A stretch of 56,366 bases of DNA from positions 1 to 56,366 of the forward strand of contig JAJDCB010000004.1 in the NCBI GenBank assembly GCA_029261065.1, read 5' to 3'. The first letter of the stretch is position 1. Every line of letters begins with the position of its first letter. Below are positions 28,853-38,726 of this stretch, in pieces. The translations under genes and the position numbers were made by a program. Below the pieces are notes generated by a model. It saw only the letters and a list, made by a program, of their open reading frames with translations, was not told where the DNA came from and made no database searches. Source of the DNA: Candidatus Omnitrophota bacterium (GTDB taxonomy: Bacteria > Omnitrophota > Gorgyraeia > Zapsychrales > Zapsychraceae).

Positions 28853-29798
28853 AATCAGCTTTACCGGCGGTGGCACTGATTTCAAAGACTTCTATGAACA
28901 AACTCCTGGTCTTATTATTAGCACCACTATTGATAAGTACATGTTTATTACTGTTAATAAACGCTTTGACCATACCCTTCGTGTGAGTTACTCCAAAACA
29001 GAAATTGTTGAGCGTGTTGAGGAGATAAAACATCCCATTATTCGCGAATGCCTTAAATGGGTTGGTATTAAAAATGGTATCGAAATCACATCGATCGCCG
29101 ATATCCCCTCTGGAACAGGATTAGGCTCTTCAAGCAGCTTTACAGTTGGTTTGCTCCATGCCCTCTACGCGTATTTAGGTCAACATAAATCAGCCAATGA
29201 TCTGGCACTGGCCGCCTGTCAAATAGAAATAGACATTTTAGGAGAACCCATTGGCAAACAAGACCAATACGCAGCAGCGTACGGTGGATTGTTACGTATG
29301 GAATTTAATAATGATGAGAATGTGTTTGTTGATCCCATCATTTGTTCAAAGCAAACGAAAGACATCCTAAATAACAATCTTCTACTGTTTTATACCGGCA
29401 TGACACGTTCAGCCAGCAATATTCTTAAGCATCATCAAAATAAAATTAAAAAGAACTTCTCTCAATTAACAGAAATACGCGACTTCTCAAATATCCTAAA
29501 AGAGACTCTACAAAATGGAAAAAAATTTGATTCGATAGGAGAAATCCTTGATAAATCTTGGAAAATTAAAAAGCAACTGACTAACAACATCACCAACGAT
29601 ACTGTTGAAGATATCTATCAGACAGCGATAAAAGGTGGTGCCGTGGGTGGAAAATTATTGGGGGCTGGAGGGGGTGGATTTTTGCTACTCTATTGTCCCT
29701 CTCATAAACAAAAAGCTCTGCGCAGCAAACTTAAACATCTAAGGGAATTACCATTTCAACTAGAATCTCAAGGAAGCAAAATAATCTACGTCGACTAA
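28827..29798 (+). CDS. hddA: GHMP kinase, D-glycero-alpha-D-manno-heptose-7-phosphate kinase-like
   Basis: TPFRISFTGGGTD, PSGTGLGSSS, GKQDQYAAAYGG, GGKLLGAGGGGF. Confidence 0.85.
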   Translation: MIISKTPFRISFTGGGTDFKDFYEQTPGLIISTTIDKYMFITVNKRFDHTLRVSYSKTEIVERVEEIKHPIIRECLKWVGIKNGIEITSIADIPSGTGLGSSSSFTVGLLHALYAYLGQHKSANDLALAACQIEIDILGEPIGKQDQYAAAYGGLLRMEFNNDENVFVDPIICSKQTKDILNNNLLLFYTGMTRSASNILKHHQNKIKKNFSQLTEIRDFSNILKETLQNGKKFDSIGEILDKSWKIKKQLTNNITNDTVEDIYQTAIKGGAVGGKLLGAGGGGFLLLYCPSHKQKALRSKLKHLRELPFQLESQGSKIIYVD

Positions 29799-29822
29799 AA
29801 ATCAGTTGCCTATAAACTCACG

Positions 29823-31628
29823 ATGAATAACCATAAAAACCTTACCCATGCCTTTCTTTTTATTCTCATCATTTTTTATATTTTCATCAAATTTTTTAGC
29901 CCAGCGATTATCCAAAACCTCTACGACAATCAATCTTATGAAATTTTAAATAAATTTTCAAACATTGATACCCATCACTCCATCAATTTTTATTTAGGTG
30001 TTATCGAAGAAAACATCACAGGCCCCTTAAGCTCCGCTTTGGCAGGTAGCATTCTCATCATCCTCTCTCTTCTTTATTTCAAAAATTCTAGTCGCCTGAC
30101 CTTTACGCTTTTATTAACATCCTATTTATTTATAACGAAATGGGACGTTTTGTTCTTTCCTCCTTATGGTGATCCTCTCGGGGGTCCATGGGTAGAATCC
30201 ATATGGCTTTTACATCATAACTTTGATTATGGCGGACTTCTCGCGCAACCTGCTTACGCCTCAGGAGGGCCAAAAACCTATATGTTCTCCCTTTTTCCTG
30301 GAGCTATGGCAGTCCTTATGAAAATATGCCCAACACCCGCCTTCTTTTTATTTGTAACACACAGTCTATTTTTTATGCTCGCAGCCTCTTTGATTGCCCT
30401 TTTGCGTGACTGTTTATTAATCATTTTTGACAAATCCACAGCACTTTTAACAGCCTTGATTGTCCTCTCTCTGCCTATTTTTCAATCTATGACTGAGATC
30501 TTAAATATGGAAATGCCCTGCGCCTACTTTGCTATGCTCACCGTTTATTTTCTAATCCATAAAAACTTGGTCTTAGCAAGTGTCGCAAGCATTCTATCTA
30601 CCAGCATTAAAACACCCGGCATCATCACCTGTGTCTTAGTCGTCCTCATAGGGAGCTACCTTCTGACACAGCCTTCTCAAAAACAAAATCACAGAAAAAT
30701 TATTCTAGCCCTTCTATTAACCTTTTTTTTCAGCTTACTTCAAGTCTATCTACGTCAATTTACTCATGATGTCATCGTCTCGCATAATAAATTTGGTTTT
30801 TTAATTGGATGGCCTAATGTTGTGCGCGGCATTTCACAAACAAATTTCATCCTTTTTAGTCTAAGCACCCTAGTTCTTATCATTGCCTTTCTCACACCAT
30901 ATTTTAGAAAGAAAAAGCAGATATGGCCTTTATCAAAAAAACATCTTACAGCTAGCGTCATCTTAATTATGACAGCCCTTTGGTTTGCTCTCTACATTCA
31001 TTTCTCCGTCATGGGACATCGTTACAAGATGCTACTTATCCCTTTTCTTGTACCGATTATTGTCCTTGCTGCAAAAACCATTTGTCCTTCTAAAAAATTA
31101 TTACATATTGGACTTAACCTAAGCATCATCCTTTCATGTTATGGATCTTACGGGGCTTATTTTGGTCCTAGAATTGAGAGTAAAGATTATGCGTATGGAA
31201 AATTAGAGCGGAGTCTTGAGTATCGTAATGATCTTCGACTTTATATGAAAACGGCCCAAGAACTAGAAAAAGATTATTCTAAATTTGCTATCGGCGCTCC
31301 ATTTATTATGGCTCAGGCCTTAGCCTACCCGGAGCTAGGTTATGTAACGAAACCCTTGGATATTATGGTCTATGGCATAGACTTAACGTATGAAGGCATT
31401 CGTAATTTTCCCGGGCTAAGACATTTAAGTTTTCCAAATACCATTTGGCTAGGATTTAAAAGCGCTCTTCCTGAAAAAATGATTTTTCCTATTGATCCAA
31501 GGGATACAATTGTTAAGGACATCTATTACGGGGATAAAAAGATCACCTTTTTTCAAGGCGGGTATGCCATAGAACGCATACGCAATATCATGCTTTATGT
31601 AGAACTACAAAATGCAGTAAACCTTTAA
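29823..31628 (+). CDS. Polytopic membrane protein, putative GT-C-fold glycosyltransferase; paralog of 32925-34700
   Basis: About 12 TM segments, acidic residue in an early loop (PYGD), NMEMP, soluble C-terminal domain. Last gene of a sugar-nucleotide/GT2 operon. Confidence 0.6.
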   Translation: MNNHKNLTHAFLFILIIFYIFIKFFSPAIIQNLYDNQSYEILNKFSNIDTHHSINFYLGVIEENITGPLSSALAGSILIILSLLYFKNSSRLTFTLLLTSYLFITKWDVLFFPPYGDPLGGPWVESIWLLHHNFDYGGLLAQPAYASGGPKTYMFSLFPGAMAVLMKICPTPAFFLFVTHSLFFMLAASLIALLRDCLLIIFDKSTALLTALIVLSLPIFQSMTEILNMEMPCAYFAMLTVYFLIHKNLVLASVASILSTSIKTPGIITCVLVVLIGSYLLTQPSQKQNHRKIILALLLTFFFSLLQVYLRQFTHDVIVSHNKFGFLIGWPNVVRGISQTNFILFSLSTLVLIIAFLTPYFRKKKQIWPLSKKHLTASVILIMTALWFALYIHFSVMGHRYKMLLIPFLVPIIVLAAKTICPSKKLLHIGLNLSIILSCYGSYGAYFGPRIESKDYAYGKLERSLEYRNDLRLYMKTAQELEKDYSKFAIGAPFIMAQALAYPELGYVTKPLDIMVYGIDLTYEGIRNFPGLRHLSFPNTIWLGFKSALPEKMIFPIDPRDTIVKDIYYGDKKITFFQGGYAIERIRNIMLYVELQNAVNL

Positions 31629-32923
31629 GGAAAGATTCCTCTTATTTCATACACTTCATCAATATGTTTTAAGGCCACACAATAGGCTGCTGTTCGTAGG
31701 TCACATTTCAGTTCTTGTGACATGCGTTTAACACGATGGGTAGCCTTATTCATCAACCTTTTTAACTTTTTATCAACCACATCCAATTCCCACGTCTCAG
31801 CCTGTCTATTCTGCTTCCATTCAAAATAACTCACCGTAACCCCACCCGCATTACATAATACAGCAGGAAAAATTTCGACGCCCTTACTCGTTAAGAGTTG
31901 ATCTGCCTCAGGTGTAACAGGCATGTTCGCCGCTTCCACTAAAACCTTACAATTAATCATTTTTGCCTTTTTCACATCAATCATTTGCTCAAGGGCCGCG
32001 GGGATAAATAATTCTACTTCCGTTTTATAAAAATGTTCCTCCGAGATCTTATCAGCCCCTGAAAATCCTGCAACGCCTCCTTGCTGCTCAACATACCGGG
32101 CAAGTTCAAAAGGATTTATCCCATGCTCATTTTTAACAAACCCCGTATGATCTCCCACGGCTATCATGCACGCCCCTTTTTCACACAATAATCGCCCTAC
32201 CCAAGATCCAACATTTCCATAACCCACCAAACTAAAACGACAATTTTCTAATGACATAGATTTTTCAGGTAATAATTCTTCTACAACATAAACAAGCCCC
32301 TGACCTGTTGCTTTCTCTCGCCCATGGGAACCGCCATAACACAAAGGCTTACCTGTCACAACACCGATACCTCCAACACTTTTTCGATTATCCAAATTGA
32401 TATAGGTATCAGCAATCCAGGCCATAATTTGCGAGTTTGTTCCCACATCAGGTGCCGGCATATCATAATCAGGTCCTATATTATTTCCCATAGCACTTGT
32501 ATAACGACGCGTTAAACGCATTAATTCATCAGCAGAGAATGTCCGAGGATCCATCTGAACCCCACCTTTTGCTCCTCCCAAAGGAAGCTCTAATAAAGCA
32601 CACTTAATCGTCATAATGGCAGCCAAAGATTTGATATGATCAAGATGGACCGTGTTATCAAAACGTAATCCCCCCTTATAGGGACCTAAAACATTATTAT
32701 GTTGCACACGATACCCTTTAAATAATTTAAAATTACCATCATCCATCCGTACTGGAAAATGAACAATCAACTCATTCTTAGGTTGTGCCAGGATTAACTG
32801 AAGACGTTTAGGGATAGAAAGTTTTTCCGCAGCGTTTAACATCGTATCAATGGTATGAAAATAAAGATTATCTTTATTGTATGTAAAACCTAATTCCTTA
32901 AAAACGGATTCTGTATTGTTCAT
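31625..32923 (-). CDS. gdhA: Glu/Leu/Phe/Val dehydrogenase (glutamate dehydrogenase)
   Basis: GYRVQHN..LGPYKGGLRF, GGAKGG, PAPDVGT, VTGKP, ATGQG, GYGNVG, NAGGVTVSYFEW. Confidence 0.93.
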   Translation of the reverse strand: MNNTESVFKELGFTYNKDNLYFHTIDTMLNAAEKLSIPKRLQLILAQPKNELIVHFPVRMDDGNFKLFKGYRVQHNNVLGPYKGGLRFDNTVHLDHIKSLAAIMTIKCALLELPLGGAKGGVQMDPRTFSADELMRLTRRYTSAMGNNIGPDYDMPAPDVGTNSQIMAWIADTYINLDNRKSVGGIGVVTGKPLCYGGSHGREKATGQGLVYVVEELLPEKSMSLENCRFSLVGYGNVGSWVGRLLCEKGACMIAVGDHTGFVKNEHGINPFELARYVEQQGGVAGFSGADKISEEHFYKTEVELFIPAALEQMIDVKKAKMINCKVLVEAANMPVTPEADQLLTSKGVEIFPAVLCNAGGVTVSYFEWKQNRQAETWELDVVDKKLKRLMNKATHRVKRMSQELKCDLRTAAYCVALKHIDEVYEIRGIFP

Positions 32924-32924
32924 A

Positions 32925-34700
32925 TTATCCTTTATTTTTTTGTATCTCTCTCATCAAGAGTCGCATGTGCTCAATTGCAAAGCCCCCGACAAATAAATTC
33001 ACACGATTCTCACCTAATTGAAGTTTCTCAACAACCTTATCGTGTGAACTTATTGGATACTCAAAAGCCCCATAAGATTTTTGCTGCGCTGGCAAACCCA
33101 CCCAAATCGTATTTCTAATATTCATCTCATTGACCCCTCTAAATGGTTTAATGGGGCCATATGTAATCGGCATGCCATATAAAACAACATCAAACTTTTT
33201 ATCAACATAACCTAATTGCGGTATCGTTAACATTTGTGCGGTCAAAAAAGGAGCGCCAATAGTAAAAGAAGGATATTTCTCCTTAAGGACATTGACCATT
33301 TGAACATTCAATTTCAAATCATTGCGATACTCAAGGCTTCTTTCCATAAGAACGTGATAGTTCGCTTGCAATTTATGAAAAAAGAGTCCGTAAGATGCCA
33401 GAGCGCTAGTTAAAATTACTACTATCAATATATATGAGGAAAATTTATAAATAAAGCGGAAGTTAAGAAAAGCGAAGACTAGACTCATCACCATAAAGGG
33501 AACTAACTCTGTTTTATACCGAGGAGAAACGGCTGTAAAATTAAGAAAAAGTCCAAACCACATCGTCATGACAAGAAAAATAACAAATTGAATGTAATAT
33601 TTATCACTTAATGATATAAAAAATGATTTCAGCCCCCCCGCCTGCCCTATCCAATACATTAAAAGTAAAATGACACAAAACAAATAAACCTTTGGTATCG
33701 TCATTGATAAAAACGAGGGCCAACCATAAAAAAGGCCTATTAAATTTCCTAAAGCAGATGGGATTAATAAAACTTTAAGCAAAACAAAAACAACAGGAAT
33801 ACTCGCCCACACAAAAAGTGACATCTTATGTTTCAAATCTTTATCGAAAATAAAAAGATACAGGCACACAAAAGCCACAGAGGCCCCAATAATGACACCA
33901 AGCCCTTTAACCAACATCGCCAATATAGACAACGCACTGGCCAATCCTAAACGTTTATGACATAACGCGTAAATCGCGTACATAGAGACAAACAAACAAG
34001 GAATCTCCATATTAATCGCCTCTGTTTGACTTTGATACAATGGTAAGGCCAACACCACAATTGATGCTAATATCGAACTCTTAGAAGACAACGACTTTTG
34101 CAACAAACTTCTTACCAGCGCAACAATGACGCTCGACATAAAAAAGACAAGTAGATGATTAACGACTAAAAATGTCTTGGGATGCGAAATTAATTTTATC
34201 ATCATAGCCATACCTGCTGGATAAAGAGATAAAAAATAAACCCGGGGGCCCCCCTCATTGTATCCTGCCTGCGCGGCTAAGCCTTTATAGTCAAAATTGT
34301 TTGTAGCCAACCACCACCCTTCTGCAAAAGGCCCACCGATGGCATCCCCATAAATGGGATAAAACAAGACATTAAATTTTGATATCACAAGAAAAAAGAA
34401 AATACTGAGAGCAAAGATTCGCGTAGAAGACTGTTGTAAATAAAGAAAAGAAAAGACAACAAGAATAGCGAAAGAAAACATATTGGTGAGAGGTCCAAGG
34501 CTTGCATCATCAATCTTGCCAATATAATAACCTAAAGAGTGTTTCCCCTCTACTTTGGCGAGTGCATTTAGGAAATCAAACTGTGATTGTTGATAAATAT
34601 TTTCAATGAGGGAGGAACTATTATAATTAACATAGAATAAAAGAAGAGTTAAGGGAATGGCAAGGCAGAAGAAGAGTATTGATTTCTTAGGGAAGGCCAT
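32925..34700 (-). CDS. Polytopic membrane protein, putative GT-C-fold glycosyltransferase; paralog of 29823-31628
   Basis: Shares YGD..GGP, NFDY.GL.AQ..Y..GGP, NME.PC, ERSLEYRNDL.L, IGAPF..AQ.L..P.LGYV and NTIW.G with its paralog. Confidence 0.6.
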   Translation of the reverse strand: MAFPKKSILFFCLAIPLTLLLFYVNYNSSSLIENIYQQSQFDFLNALAKVEGKHSLGYYIGKIDDASLGPLTNMFSFAILVVFSFLYLQQSSTRIFALSIFFFLVISKFNVLFYPIYGDAIGGPFAEGWWLATNNFDYKGLAAQAGYNEGGPRVYFLSLYPAGMAMMIKLISHPKTFLVVNHLLVFFMSSVIVALVRSLLQKSLSSKSSILASIVVLALPLYQSQTEAINMEIPCLFVSMYAIYALCHKRLGLASALSILAMLVKGLGVIIGASVAFVCLYLFIFDKDLKHKMSLFVWASIPVVFVLLKVLLIPSALGNLIGLFYGWPSFLSMTIPKVYLFCVILLLMYWIGQAGGLKSFFISLSDKYYIQFVIFLVMTMWFGLFLNFTAVSPRYKTELVPFMVMSLVFAFLNFRFIYKFSSYILIVVILTSALASYGLFFHKLQANYHVLMERSLEYRNDLKLNVQMVNVLKEKYPSFTIGAPFLTAQMLTIPQLGYVDKKFDVVLYGMPITYGPIKPFRGVNEMNIRNTIWVGLPAQQKSYGAFEYPISSHDKVVEKLQLGENRVNLFVGGFAIEHMRLLMREIQKNKG

Positions 34701-34710
34701 GGTTTGAATA

Positions 34711-35661
34711 TTAGCGACTTACTGCCTCTGTGATTGTATTGTTCTCTAGAACATATTCCAAAACATACATCGGTCGCCGACGGGATTCGTCATATGTTCT
34801 CCAAAGGTATTCACCCAAAACACCTAACATCATCATCTGCACACCACCAATCACTAAGATGACAACCATTAATGAAGCCCATCCTTCAACCGGCGTTCCC
34901 ATTAGAAAAGCACCAAAAACAACCAACGCATAAAGAAAACCTAAAATAGCAATAAAGAATCCCACAATACTCATATAACGAATCGGAATATCACTAAAGG
35001 ACAACAAAGAATCAACAGCGAGTTTAATTTTTTTAGTCAACGTCCATTTAGATTCTCCTTGGTGCCTTGCCTCTTTAACGTAACCGACACTACTCTGTTT
35101 AAAACCTAACCAGGCTAACGTCATAAATAACGAACTATTTTTTTCAGGAACTTTTTTAAAGGCATCAATAACAGCACGATCAGCTAAAAATACATCAGCG
35201 CCTTTTGGCGGCATTTTGACATTGGTAAAACGATTCATGATCGCGTAATAAACTTTGGAGAAAAAATTCGTTGAAGCTCTCTCACCTTCTCGCTCTAAGC
35301 GTACAGCCCAAACCAAGTTCACACCTTTCTGCCACTCCTCGATCAGTTTTGTCATTATGGAAGGCGGATCTTGAAGATCGGCGGCCAGGACACTTACCGC
35401 ATCGCCCTGACAATGATGCAATCCACACGCAACAGCTGCATGCGAACCACTATTGCGCGCAAACCGAAATACCTTAACCCTCTTGTCTTTAAGATGAAGA
35501 TCTTTTAAAATATCAGAAGATTCATCTTGTGAACAATCATCCACAAAAATTAATTCGAACCTATAATCTTTGATCGCATCAACCACTTCGGTCACACGCT
35601 CATAAAGCTCGTTAAGATTGTCTTTTTCGTTATAAACGGGAAATATAATTGATATCAACAT
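34711..35661 (-). CDS. GtrB/ArnC-like GT2 (polyprenyl-phosphate glycosyltransferase)
   Basis: IIFPVYNE, VDDCSQD, FARNSGSH, AADLQDPP, two TM segments, LGVLGEYLWR.YDE..RRP.Y. Confidence 0.93.
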   Translation of the reverse strand: MLISIIFPVYNEKDNLNELYERVTEVVDAIKDYRFELIFVDDCSQDESSDILKDLHLKDKRVKVFRFARNSGSHAAVACGLHHCQGDAVSVLAADLQDPPSIMTKLIEEWQKGVNLVWAVRLEREGERASTNFFSKVYYAIMNRFTNVKMPPKGADVFLADRAVIDAFKKVPEKNSSLFMTLAWLGFKQSSVGYVKEARHQGESKWTLTKKIKLAVDSLLSFSDIPIRYMSIVGFFIAILGFLYALVVFGAFLMGTPVEGWASLMVVILVIGGVQMMMLGVLGEYLWRTYDESRRRPMYVLEYVLENNTITEAVSR

Positions 35662-35727
35662 ATTTTTAATCTTAATTGCCGTTAACTAAATTATTGAAGC
35701 GCAGGCTCATCTCGCTAGTTCTACTTC

Positions 35728-35843
35728 GGTAGTTAAATCGGTATGTCCCGTGCTCAAATAAATTGCATTCAGCTATTTTTTTGAGTGCTCAAACAACTTC
35801 GCTGCGCTCAGAACTGCGCGCGGGACATACCGATTTGACTGCC
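35728..35843. repeat. Long intergenic hairpin element with a GCTCAAACAACTTCGCTGCGCTC loop motif
   Basis: 23-bp arms 35728-35750 and 35821-35843 (two G.T mismatches); the loop motif resembles that of the 56130-56219 element. Confidence 0.8.
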
Positions 35844-35860
35844 TACGTAACTATAAGCCT

Positions 35861-35885
35861 GTCATTCCCGCGAAAGCGGGAACCT
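35861..35885 (+). repeat. REP/RS3-like palindrome GTCATTCCCGCGAAAGCGGGAAACC
   Basis: One mismatch to the reverse complement of 45478-45502. Confidence 0.85.
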
Positions 35886-35887
35886 TT

Positions 35888-36820
35888 TTAACGTCCCAAC
35901 GTCATCATATGCGACGTCAAATATTGTGACGCATTCATCTCTTCACCCGAGGAATCTATAATCCGTTCAATCAATAATTGCCCCTCTCCACATAAAACAG
36001 CGACATGCTCAGGTTTTACCGAAACAATACGTCCTGGAATATTACCTACATATGATAACGCGTTTTCAGGTAATGAAACTTTTGTAATATATATTTTTTT
36101 ATCGTTTAACGTAGTCCAAGCACACGGATACGGTGGCGCTAACGCTCTGATTAAATTAAAGATGTCCTTTGAAGATTTCGACCAATCAACTTCTCCATCA
36201 TCAGGAATACGCTTACATGTGTAAGTCGCTTCTTTATCATTTTGATCAATTCCTTTTAAAGAATCCGATTTTAATTCTTTAAGATAATCCCTATAAAGTA
36301 CAACCGTGGCCTCAATAATTTTCTGATAAACCTCAAACGCCGTCTCTTTAGATCCAATCTCTACAATCCTTTGTCCATAAATCGGACCGGAATCGATCGG
36401 ACCATCCTCTATCTTAAATAACGTAACCCCTGTTGTCTTCTCGCCATTAATGATTGCCCAATTAACAGGCGCACAGCCTCTATATTTCGGCAACAAAGAG
36501 TCATGTGCCGCCATATAACCAAATTTTGCTTCTTTAAACAAAGCCGGAGGAATTATCGTTCGCCATCCACAAACAAAAGCCACATCAGCTTGAAGTTTTA
36601 ATATCCGAGCAATCTGATCGACTTTAATTCTTTTACACACCACTGCTGGTATCTGGTGTTCTTGACAAAAAGCAACCATCTCATGAGAAATCTTTACCTT
36701 TTCATTTTCATCTTCTTTTAAAATGAACGCCGAAACAACATCTTCTTTCTGCTCAACCAACAACTTTAAAACTTCAAAGCCTCTTGGGGTTCCGCCAATA
36801 AATAAAATCTTTGGTTTCAT
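35888..36820 (-). CDS. Formyltransferase (Fmt/ArnA-N-like; probable sugar N-formyltransferase)
   Basis: HDSLLPKYRGCAPVNWAIINGE..TGVT, IDSG, NLIRAL.PPYP.A; sugar-operon context. Start adjusted to ATG 36820. Confidence 0.88.
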   Translation of the reverse strand: MKPKILFIGGTPRGFEVLKLLVEQKEDVVSAFILKEDENEKVKISHEMVAFCQEHQIPAVVCKRIKVDQIARILKLQADVAFVCGWRTIIPPALFKEAKFGYMAAHDSLLPKYRGCAPVNWAIINGEKTTGVTLFKIEDGPIDSGPIYGQRIVEIGSKETAFEVYQKIIEATVVLYRDYLKELKSDSLKGIDQNDKEATYTCKRIPDDGEVDWSKSSKDIFNLIRALAPPYPCAWTTLNDKKIYITKVSLPENALSYVGNIPGRIVSVKPEHVAVLCGEGQLLIERIIDSSGEEMNASQYLTSHMMTLGR

Positions 36821-36897
36821 AAATACTTTGATACTTAAATGTTTAACATTGTTGCCTGTCAACGACAGTGCTATTCCAACCGAAGAGCCAGAATCTA

Positions 36898-37560
36898 CTA
36901 GATTCCCGATGTCTCAGGAATGACAAAATCAGATAGATTCTGAGATTTTCGAGATCTTTTAATCATATGAAACCCCAAAGCTTCATGCCCTAAATAGGAA
37001 TACGTAAAACGTTTAATCGTCCAATCAACTGGAGAAGCCTTGGCCACAAGATCTTTTAACGTTTGTTCATCGCGAACCCAATCACCCCGATCTAATCGAC
37101 GTAACAACCATGCCAATGGCCTAAGCCACGCCCTTTTAGGCCAAACATTATCTAAGACGACAACCAATCCCTCTTCTTTTGTACAGCGAACCATTTCTTG
37201 AACAATTTTAATTGCCGTTTCTTCTGGAAGATGATGAAGCAAACCAAAACATCTCACTTCATCAAAACTTTTTGATTGAAATGGAATTTTTTCGGCTGCA
37301 GCCACAACACCACAAGCTTTTATCTTTTTCACATACTTCTTTACATAATCTTCATGAATATCTAAACCAAAAATATTTGCTTGCGGAATCAACGTATACA
37401 TCTGAGGACCACACCCAACATCTAATACGCGCCCCTTCAAAGGTGTCGGAAGCGATCGAAAATAACGATTCAAAAAAACCTGTTCACCCGGAGCTAAAAC
37501 ACATTGGGATATTTTATAAATTGTAGGATTATTAAGTAAGCGATAAAACAGACGAGTCAT
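36898..37560 (-). CDS. Class I SAM-dependent methyltransferase
   Basis: VLDVGCG, IPFQSKSFD, LLHHL. The last 8 residues (VIPETSGI) are encoded by a REP-like palindrome. Confidence 0.88.
   Translation of the reverse strand: MTRLFYRLLNNPTIYKISQCVLAPGEQVFLNRYFRSLPTPLKGRVLDVGCGPQMYTLIPQANIFGLDIHEDYVKKYVKKIKACGVVAAAEKIPFQSKSFDEVRCFGLLHHLPEETAIKIVQEMVRCTKEEGLVVVLDNVWPKRAWLRPLAWLLRRLDRGDWVRDEQTLKDLVAKASPVDWTIKRFTYSYLGHEALGFHMIKRSRKSQNLSDFVIPETSGI
36901..36924 (-). repeat. REP/RS3-like palindrome inside the 3' end of a CDS
   Basis: GTCATTCCTGAGACATCGGGAATC, two mismatches to the copy at 17530-17553. Confidence 0.8.
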
Positions 37561-38602
37561 GAGAAGAGCTCATTGATGATTCGTTATCTTTAAACTTTAT
37601 TAATCGACCTTCGTTTTTTAACGATTCGTTAGCCATCTCTAACATCTTAACCACACGCAATCCAGACTGACCATCATTAATAGGAGTCGTCTTCGTTTTG
37701 ATGCAATCAATAAAGTATTGCAACTCTGTTTTCAGAGCCTCTTGGTAATCCACGCGCGGCGACCACATATCACCAGAACGATAATCAACGAGTAATTTGT
37801 TAATAGCCTCTTTGCTTTCCACATTCACACCACGATCATAAATTTTTATTTTTTCATCAGCCTTCAAATCATCCCAGACAAGCATCTTCTTTTGCCCACC
37901 AATAAGAGTCGTTCGAATTTTCACAGGCGAAAGCCAATTAACATTGATGTGCACAATTAAACTATTATCATAATACAATGTGATGTAGGCAATATTCTCA
38001 TGCCCAGAACCAATATGATCAACACCTTGAGCAATGAGGGCTTGAGGTTTATTTTTAATAATATAATCAATAATGGCTAGATCATGAGGAGCTAAATCCC
38101 AAATAACATTTGTATCTTGCTGAAATAATCCCAGACTTACTCTCGTTGAATCATAATAATACAAATCGCCTAGTTCATTACTATCAATCAACTCCTTAAT
38201 CTTTCGCACTGCCCCTGTAAAAATAAAAGTATGATCCACCATAATAAGGACCTTATTCTTCTTGGCGATGTCTATAAGCTCCTGGGCTTCCTTTGAGTTT
38301 GATGTGAAAGGTTTTTCGATAAAGATATGTTTGCCTGCCTGAAGGGCCGCTTTCGCCAAGGCATAATGTGTTGATACAGGTGTTACAATAGCAACAACAT
38401 CAATGTCTGGTGAATTAATAATATCAAGATAGTCTGAAGTGACAGAATGGTGGGGATATAAATCTTTAATACGCGTAATAATATCGGGATTGACATCGCA
38501 AATCATCTTTATTTCTGCATCTTTCACAGAAATAAGATTGCGAACGATATTGGGGCCCCAATAACCAAAGCCGATAACGCCAAAATTGAGCATAGTGTGC
38601 AA
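37532..38602 (-). CDS. Gfo/Idh/MocA oxidoreductase (nucleotide-sugar dehydrogenase-like)
   Basis: GVIGFGYWG, GKHIFIEKP, WDLAPHD, WLSPVKIR. Confidence 0.92.
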   Translation of the reverse strand: MHTMLNFGVIGFGYWGPNIVRNLISVKDAEIKMICDVNPDIITRIKDLYPHHSVTSDYLDIINSPDIDVVAIVTPVSTHYALAKAALQAGKHIFIEKPFTSNSKEAQELIDIAKKNKVLIMVDHTFIFTGAVRKIKELIDSNELGDLYYYDSTRVSLGLFQQDTNVIWDLAPHDLAIIDYIIKNKPQALIAQGVDHIGSGHENIAYITLYYDNSLIVHINVNWLSPVKIRTTLIGGQKKMLVWDDLKADEKIKIYDRGVNVESKEAINKLLVDYRSGDMWSPRVDYQEALKTELQYFIDCIKTKTTPINDGQSGLRVVKMLEMANESLKNEGRLIKFKDNESSMSSSHDSSVLSLT

Positions 38603-38726
38603 TGTTTAAGGATTGGAAAACACGTTTGAACGACCTTCTAAAGTCGCCTTGATTTGTGAAATTATTATAACAATATCATAAAAAATAACAATAAAGATCT
38701 TTAAGAGTTCTCATACCTCCCTTATA

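Noticed and set aside
35888-36820. Housekeeping methionyl-tRNA formyltransferase (fmt)
   Set aside because: Sugar-operon context, no def nearby and ArnA-like C-terminal motifs favour a sugar formyltransferase.
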